A stretch of DNA of 58,225 nucleotides from a virus (lineage: Duplodnaviria > Caudoviricetes): positions 1 through 58,225 of IMG/VR virus record IMGVR_UViG_3300022074_000042. One strand, given 5' to 3'. Shown piece by piece: positions 55,157 through 58,225 of this stretch. Each line of letters opens with the position of its first letter. Position 1 is the first letter of the stretch. The notes beneath the pieces were generated by a model, which had not been told where the DNA came from, ran no database searches, and saw nothing but the letters and a program-made list of their open reading frames with translations. Both the position numbers and the translations under genes were made by a program.

Positions 55157-55365
55157 ACCAAAGAGTTGCTAAAAGACTTAGAAAAATCAGTAATCCTGTT
55201 GACACAGTTTCTAAAAGGGTATATCGTCGATTGAAGAAACAATATACCCAATTACCACATCATGCAAAAAGAGATTTCCTCGACCTCCTCGAAACCACAT
55301 TCAACGAAATCGGAAAAGTCAGCTTGGACGCAGAACAAAGTGGGGTCGTTTTGGATAAAGAATAA
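55153..55365 (+). CDS. Small basic hypothetical protein
   Basis: ATGA overlap with the GNAT stop; MNQRVAKRLRK...RVYRRLKKQY. Confidence 0.55.
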   Translation: MNQRVAKRLRKISNPVDTVSKRVYRRLKKQYTQLPHHAKRDFLDLLETTFNEIGKVSLDAEQSGVVLDKE

Positions 55366-55495
55366 GGACAACGGTAGACAGTATCTCTCGGGAGAAATAG
55401 TCGTAGATGGGAAAAAAATCCCATGCCTAATCTTTAAAAACGATTACCAAGAAGGTAATACGCCTCATTTCCATATTTACTCTTTAGGAGAGTAA
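55262..55495 (+). CDS. DUF736-like small protein
   Basis: KVGSFWIK...GRQYLSG...IFKN...PHFHIY pattern; start uncertain. Confidence 0.55.
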   Translation: MQKEISSTSSKPHSTKSEKSAWTQNKVGSFWIKNKDNGRQYLSGEIVVDGKKIPCLIFKNDYQEGNTPHFHIYSLGE

Positions 55496-55500
55496 TTTAA

Positions 55501-55917
55501 TTATACTGGAGCTTCTCCAGTCGGAGGTGGTGGTGGAGGAGTATCAGCCCAAGTTCTTAAAGCTGGAACGGCTGCAATAATAGCATCCATCGCTGCTTTG
55601 ACTTCTGGGACTTCATCTACACACTGCCAAAAAGGTTTTCTTCCGTTCACACGGCTAGGGACATTAATATATTCGACTCCCTCATTATCGGAAGTTACAA
55701 GAACTTTTTCATTAGATCCGTCATAAGGCAGCATTTCAATATTAAGGCTTCCTCCATTTGGATCTTCTGTAGAGGTGTTTGGTGCGTAAATATTAATACT
55801 ACGAAGCCAAACAGAATCAAAAGTTTCTTCTGGTCTGGCTGGAACTACAAAAGGTTCATCTCTTGGGATAGGGTCTCCTACTCCCAAATCTTCAATTGGT
55901 GTATCGTCAGTTGGCAT
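55501..55917 (-). CDS. Hypothetical acidic protein with a polyproline tail
   Basis: 138 aa; AGTGTAAT motif upstream at 55956-55963. Confidence 0.65.
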   Translation of the reverse strand: MPTDDTPIEDLGVGDPIPRDEPFVVPARPEETFDSVWLRSINIYAPNTSTEDPNGGSLNIEMLPYDGSNEKVLVTSDNEGVEYINVPSRVNGRKPFWQCVDEVPEVKAAMDAIIAAVPALRTWADTPPPPPPTGEAPV

Positions 55918-55956
55918 ATTAATAATATTGTTAAATTTTAATTTATCTATTTTTTA

Positions 55957-56649
55957 TTACACTAAAAATGATTTTAAGTGACCTACTCTCATTTTTGGGG
56001 CCACTAAAGGCTTAATTTTTGTTTCCTCATAGCAATTACGACAAAAACTGACATCTTCGAAGCTAAGATCTTTTACATCGAACTTCTCTCCTTTTTTGAC
56101 GGGATTGTTACATTTTTCAATGAAAGCGTCCCTTAAAGGGTAATAAGGATATTCCATTTGTTCATAAATAGATCTATGGACTTTGGTAAATCCAAAGCCA
56201 CACCAATCTACTTGCACTAATTTATTTCCCTCTTCTTTTGCTGTTTTTGTAAGCCAATCTACTGAAGTAAATGGCATATGCAGGTTTTCTCTAAAAAAAT
56301 CTTCATCCCAGTTGCCTACCATCGCGTTGTCACTATAATCAGACCTATACCAGCCAGTAACAAATTTCTTGTCTTTTGGTATGCTCATCATATATTCTAT
56401 TTTTTCGATAGTAAATTCGACATCGGAGTCGATCCAGAACAACCATTCTGCATCTGGTGGGGATGTATCTGCAAATCCACCCCCTCCTGTAGCTAAATAA
56501 TTACGAGCGAAGTTTAAAAATAGACCATTAGAAGTAAAAATTTGAGCATTATTCCTCTCACACCAAGACTGTAATTCTAAATATTGAGGAAATAATTTGC
56601 CTTGTATGCCTCTATGATCAATTGGGATTAGAAAAACACAATTTAACAT
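55957..56649 (-). CDS. Glycosyltransferase, GT-A (GT2-like)
   Basis: ARNYLA, LFWIDSD, GFGF, EDVSFC, VGHLK. Confidence 0.8.
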   Translation of the reverse strand: MLNCVFLIPIDHRGIQGKLFPQYLELQSWCERNNAQIFTSNGLFLNFARNYLATGGGGFADTSPPDAEWLFWIDSDVEFTIEKIEYMMSIPKDKKFVTGWYRSDYSDNAMVGNWDEDFFRENLHMPFTSVDWLTKTAKEEGNKLVQVDWCGFGFTKVHRSIYEQMEYPYYPLRDAFIEKCNNPVKKGEKFDVKDLSFEDVSFCRNCYEETKIKPLVAPKMRVGHLKSFLV

Positions 56650-56683
56650 GTATTATTATATAGATTTTAATAAAATTTAAAGT

Positions 56684-56893
56684 ATGAAAAAAATTGAATT
56701 CACCGAAGAAGAAATCCAAGTCACTATTCAACTCATTGATATCGCTATTAAATCTGGCGGTCTCAATGTAGCAGAAGCTGGAGCTGTCCTCGCTAAAAAA
56801 TTAGGTTCTCATTTGCAACAGGCATCCCCTGAACAGCCAAAAGAGTTCGCTGATGAGGCTACTGATTTCGAGGTTGTCGAAGACAAAGATTAA
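56684..56893 (+). CDS. Hypothetical protein
   Basis: 69-aa ORF filling the gap between convergent and divergent neighbours. Confidence 0.6.
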   Translation: MKKIEFTEEEIQVTIQLIDIAIKSGGLNVAEAGAVLAKKLGSHLQQASPEQPKEFADEATDFEVVEDKD

Positions 56894-58225
56894 TTAGCAT
56901 GTTCTGGAGCTAGAATTTCTATTTCCAGTTTATCTATATCCTTACGTTCTCCGTAAATTACATAAAAGTAATTCAGAGGTTCTTCTGTATTTGAACCTAT
57001 AGTTACCTCTCCATCATCTGCTATTGATTCAACATAAAGGTCTTGATTTGGACCTATGGCTGTAATATCTACAGTCATCGAATCAATATGGACTAGACCA
57101 ATCCAGTAATCAGGCATCTCAAGTATACTTGAGGTGCTTTTTCCTCTGAAATACACACCATTTTCTGGACCCTCGATACACGCATGGAGTAGCTGCTTAC
57201 CCTCTTTTGTCGGGTGTTTTATTAAGAAACTCTTGGATGAGCCTACAATAGAACCGCCAACTTGGAGCGTATAAGAAGCGCTTGTTACTCCTATACCAAC
57301 GTTACCTTGAATAATAGCTCCGTTAGATGGGGCAGTGTTTCCGACATAGCTCGCTCCGATAGCTATTCCTCCAGATACGTCTAGCTTGTTAGCTGGATTA
57401 TTTGTGCCTATACCAACATTACCGTCTTGTTCTATAGTAAATCTTTCTCCACCAGTGGCACTATTGATATGTTCATAAATCCTAAAGGAACCCCTGCCAC
57501 CACTACTTCTATTAGCTCCTATACTCCATCCATAGTTAGTAACTGTGCTTGTAGCGAAGGAGATACCTTGCCATCCAGTATTATCAACTGTATTAGTAGA
57601 TTCTAGTCGTATTTGACTAGAAGCCCATTGTGCAGCCACACCCATCGGTGCTATTGTGTTAATGCTACCTCCGACGGTCAGCTTTTGAGATGGACTTGCT
57701 GTCCCTATACCAACTTTATTATTTATAACCGTCCCACCTGAATTAACACCAAGTAAGATATCATAACCTGTTCCTCCATCATTACGTATTCTTAAATCAT
57801 TACCAGCGTGGTTGAATTTCCACAAGTTACTATTATCACTGCGACCAAGCTCTAATGATTCGTCGTTACCATTTGTTGATTCAAATTTAGCAGTTCCTTG
57901 ATATACATGAAGTTCCTGTTCTGGACCAGTTGTTCCTATACCAACGTTGCCGCCTGTGAAATATCCTCCACCTTGGAACCTTCCTGCACCAGCAGATACG
58001 ATTGTTCCATTATCATAAATTACAGTATTATTATTACCACTGGAATTTTGTAAAAGAAAAGCGGTGCTTCCATTACTGGTAGAGGCTTTTATGTTTAGCC
58101 TCCCTTGTGGACTAGTTGTTCCTATGCCAACGTTTCCTGTAGGTTGAAAAATTAAATCAGCGGTAGCGTTGATTCTTAAATCAATACCATCTGTAGTTAT
58201 AGTGCCTCTAGATGTCTCACTCCCA
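56890..58225 (-). CDS. Tail fibre/spike with C-terminal intramolecular chaperone (5' end outside the window)
   Basis: I read the frame as open from 57825 to the window end. It has five (G)NVGIGT-type repeats and C-terminal SKSFLIKHPTK...LHACIEGPENGVYFRG...VIYGERKD. Confidence 0.8.
   Translation of the reverse strand, partial: GSETSRGTITTDGIDLRINATADLIFQPTGNVGIGTTSPQGRLNIKASTSNGSTAFLLQNSSGNNNTVIYDNGTIVSAGAGRFQGGGYFTGGNVGIGTTGPEQELHVYQGTAKFESTNGNDESLELGRSDNSNLWKFNHAGNDLRIRNDGGTGYDILLGVNSGGTVINNKVGIGTASPSQKLTVGGSINTIAPMGVAAQWASSQIRLESTNTVDNTGWQGISFATSTVTNYGWSIGANRSSGGRGSFRIYEHINSATGGERFTIEQDGNVGIGTNNPANKLDVSGGIAIGASYVGNTAPSNGAIIQGNVGIGVTSASYTLQVGGSIVGSSKSFLIKHPTKEGKQLLHACIEGPENGVYFRGKSTSSILEMPDYWIGLVHIDSMTVDITAIGPNQDLYVESIADDGEVTIGSNTEEPLNYFYVIYGERKDIDKLEIEILAPEHAN

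Noticed and set aside
55520-55540. GGT/GGA microsatellite as a phase-variable tract
   Set aside because: It is an imperfect triplet run encoding six prolines; slippage would not change the frame.
1-58225. Bacterial chromosome or prophage, alternative genetic code, tRNA/rRNA genes
   Set aside because: Host-like genes are interleaved with virion genes at phage density, and no integrase or att site is seen. ORFs tile the window under the standard code with all three stops used. No intergenic gap shows a cloverleaf or rRNA.

Overview
The window is a gene-dense, AT-rich segment of a large tailed dsDNA bacteriophage (Caudoviricetes). It is siphovirus-like (long tape measure, no sheath gene seen), probably lytic and aquatic, and uses the standard genetic code. 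Left to right it carries: (1) a head module (scaffold, cement, major capsid, connector); (2) an inverted neck/tail-tube block; (3) two tail chaperones, a 2138-aa tape measure and three tail-tip genes; (4) a minus-strand block (FmdB-like, Hsp20, GT4, SSB, phage sigma factor) ending at a structured, repeat-bearing divergent intergenic region that may be the origin; (5) an NrdBi/NrdAi (class Id-like) ribonucleotide reductase; (6) an 11.5-kb glycan-synthesis island with several glycosyltransferases, WecB, Gmd, a carbamoyltransferase, a methyltransferase and a KdsC/PfkB/nucleotidyltransferase-RpiB/GDPD set; (7) a replication module (RecA-like, DnaB, primase, PD-(D/E)xK nucleases, Pol III alpha split into PHP, DnaQ and DnaE genes); (8) a ClpA/C ATPase, more glycosyltransferases, ssDNA-binding and annealing proteins and a GNAT; (9) the 3' part of a tail-fibre gene. 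Two promoter classes can be read from the DNA: sigma70-like promoters (mostly 16-bp spacers, often leaderless) and a GTGTAA-type late motif. The most notable candidate system is a phage-encoded nucleotide-sugar pathway built around a nucleotidyltransferase-RpiB fusion and feeding about ten glycosyltransferases. All protein calls come from motif recognition by eye; no searches were run.
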